A stretch of DNA of 43,969 nucleotides from Escherichia phage SZH-1: the sequence record NC_073319.1; one strand, given 5' to 3'. Under the pieces are notes generated by a model. The model was given only the letters and a program-made list of their open reading frames with translations, was not told where the DNA came from and made no database searches. The position numbers and the translations under genes were made by a program. Shown in pieces: positions 43,928 to 43,969 of this stretch (position 1 is its first letter; each line of letters starts with the position of its first letter).

Positions 43928-43969
43928 AGAATCCCCTTGCATATGCGTCTGACCATCAGAGCGCATCAG

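Noticed and set aside
43928-43966. Listed TerS start at 43966 (MRSDGQTHMQGDSM...)
   Set aside because: The ATG at 43927 has a much better RBS (AAGGGGA); the upstream 13 codons are more likely leader. The longer form cannot be excluded.
1-43969. Integrase, CRISPR array, or phage-encoded RNA polymerase
   Set aside because: No ORF has tyrosine/serine recombinase motifs or single-subunit RNAP size and motifs, and no spaced direct-repeat array is present; the promoters seen are host sigma70-like.

Overview
This window reads as an essentially complete, gene-dense genome (about 44 kb) of a tailed dsDNA phage with siphovirus-type, lambda-like tail genes; no integrase, tRNA, CRISPR array or phage RNA polymerase was seen. 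Three blocks are visible. (1) Minus strand, 178..7454: chains of small translationally coupled genes plus a lysis cassette (two holin-like membrane proteins and a GH24 lysozyme) and an HslV-like peptidase. (2) Plus strand, 7959..20011: a T7-like replication module (AlpA-like HTH, primase-helicase, PD-(D/E)XK Cas4-like nuclease, gp2.5-like SSB, family A DNA polymerase, VRR-NUC, compact C5-MTase-like protein, SNF2 helicase). (3) Minus strand, 43927..20088: the morphogenesis operon (TerS, TerL, portal, Mu-F-like head protein, spanins, scaffold, capsid, Ig-like decoration, connectors, major tail, G/GT chaperone with a likely -1 frameshift, tape measure, gpM/L/K/J-like tip, beta-helix tailspike). 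Three short plus-strand islands sit antisense inside the morphogenesis operon, and two of them (29405..31411 and 38257..38850) have their own promoter and terminator; the larger one, encoding a signal-peptide protein and an HTH-fused metallophosphoesterase, is my best candidate for an undescribed accessory or counter-defence module. At least seven promoters carry the same dyad GAATAG-N4-CTATT, which looks like a phage-wide operator. All calls are from reading the sequence and ORF translations by eye; no searches were run. Coordinates of hand-called small ORFs and motifs may be off by 1-2 nt, and several listed ORFs begin with TTG/GTG rather than ATG.
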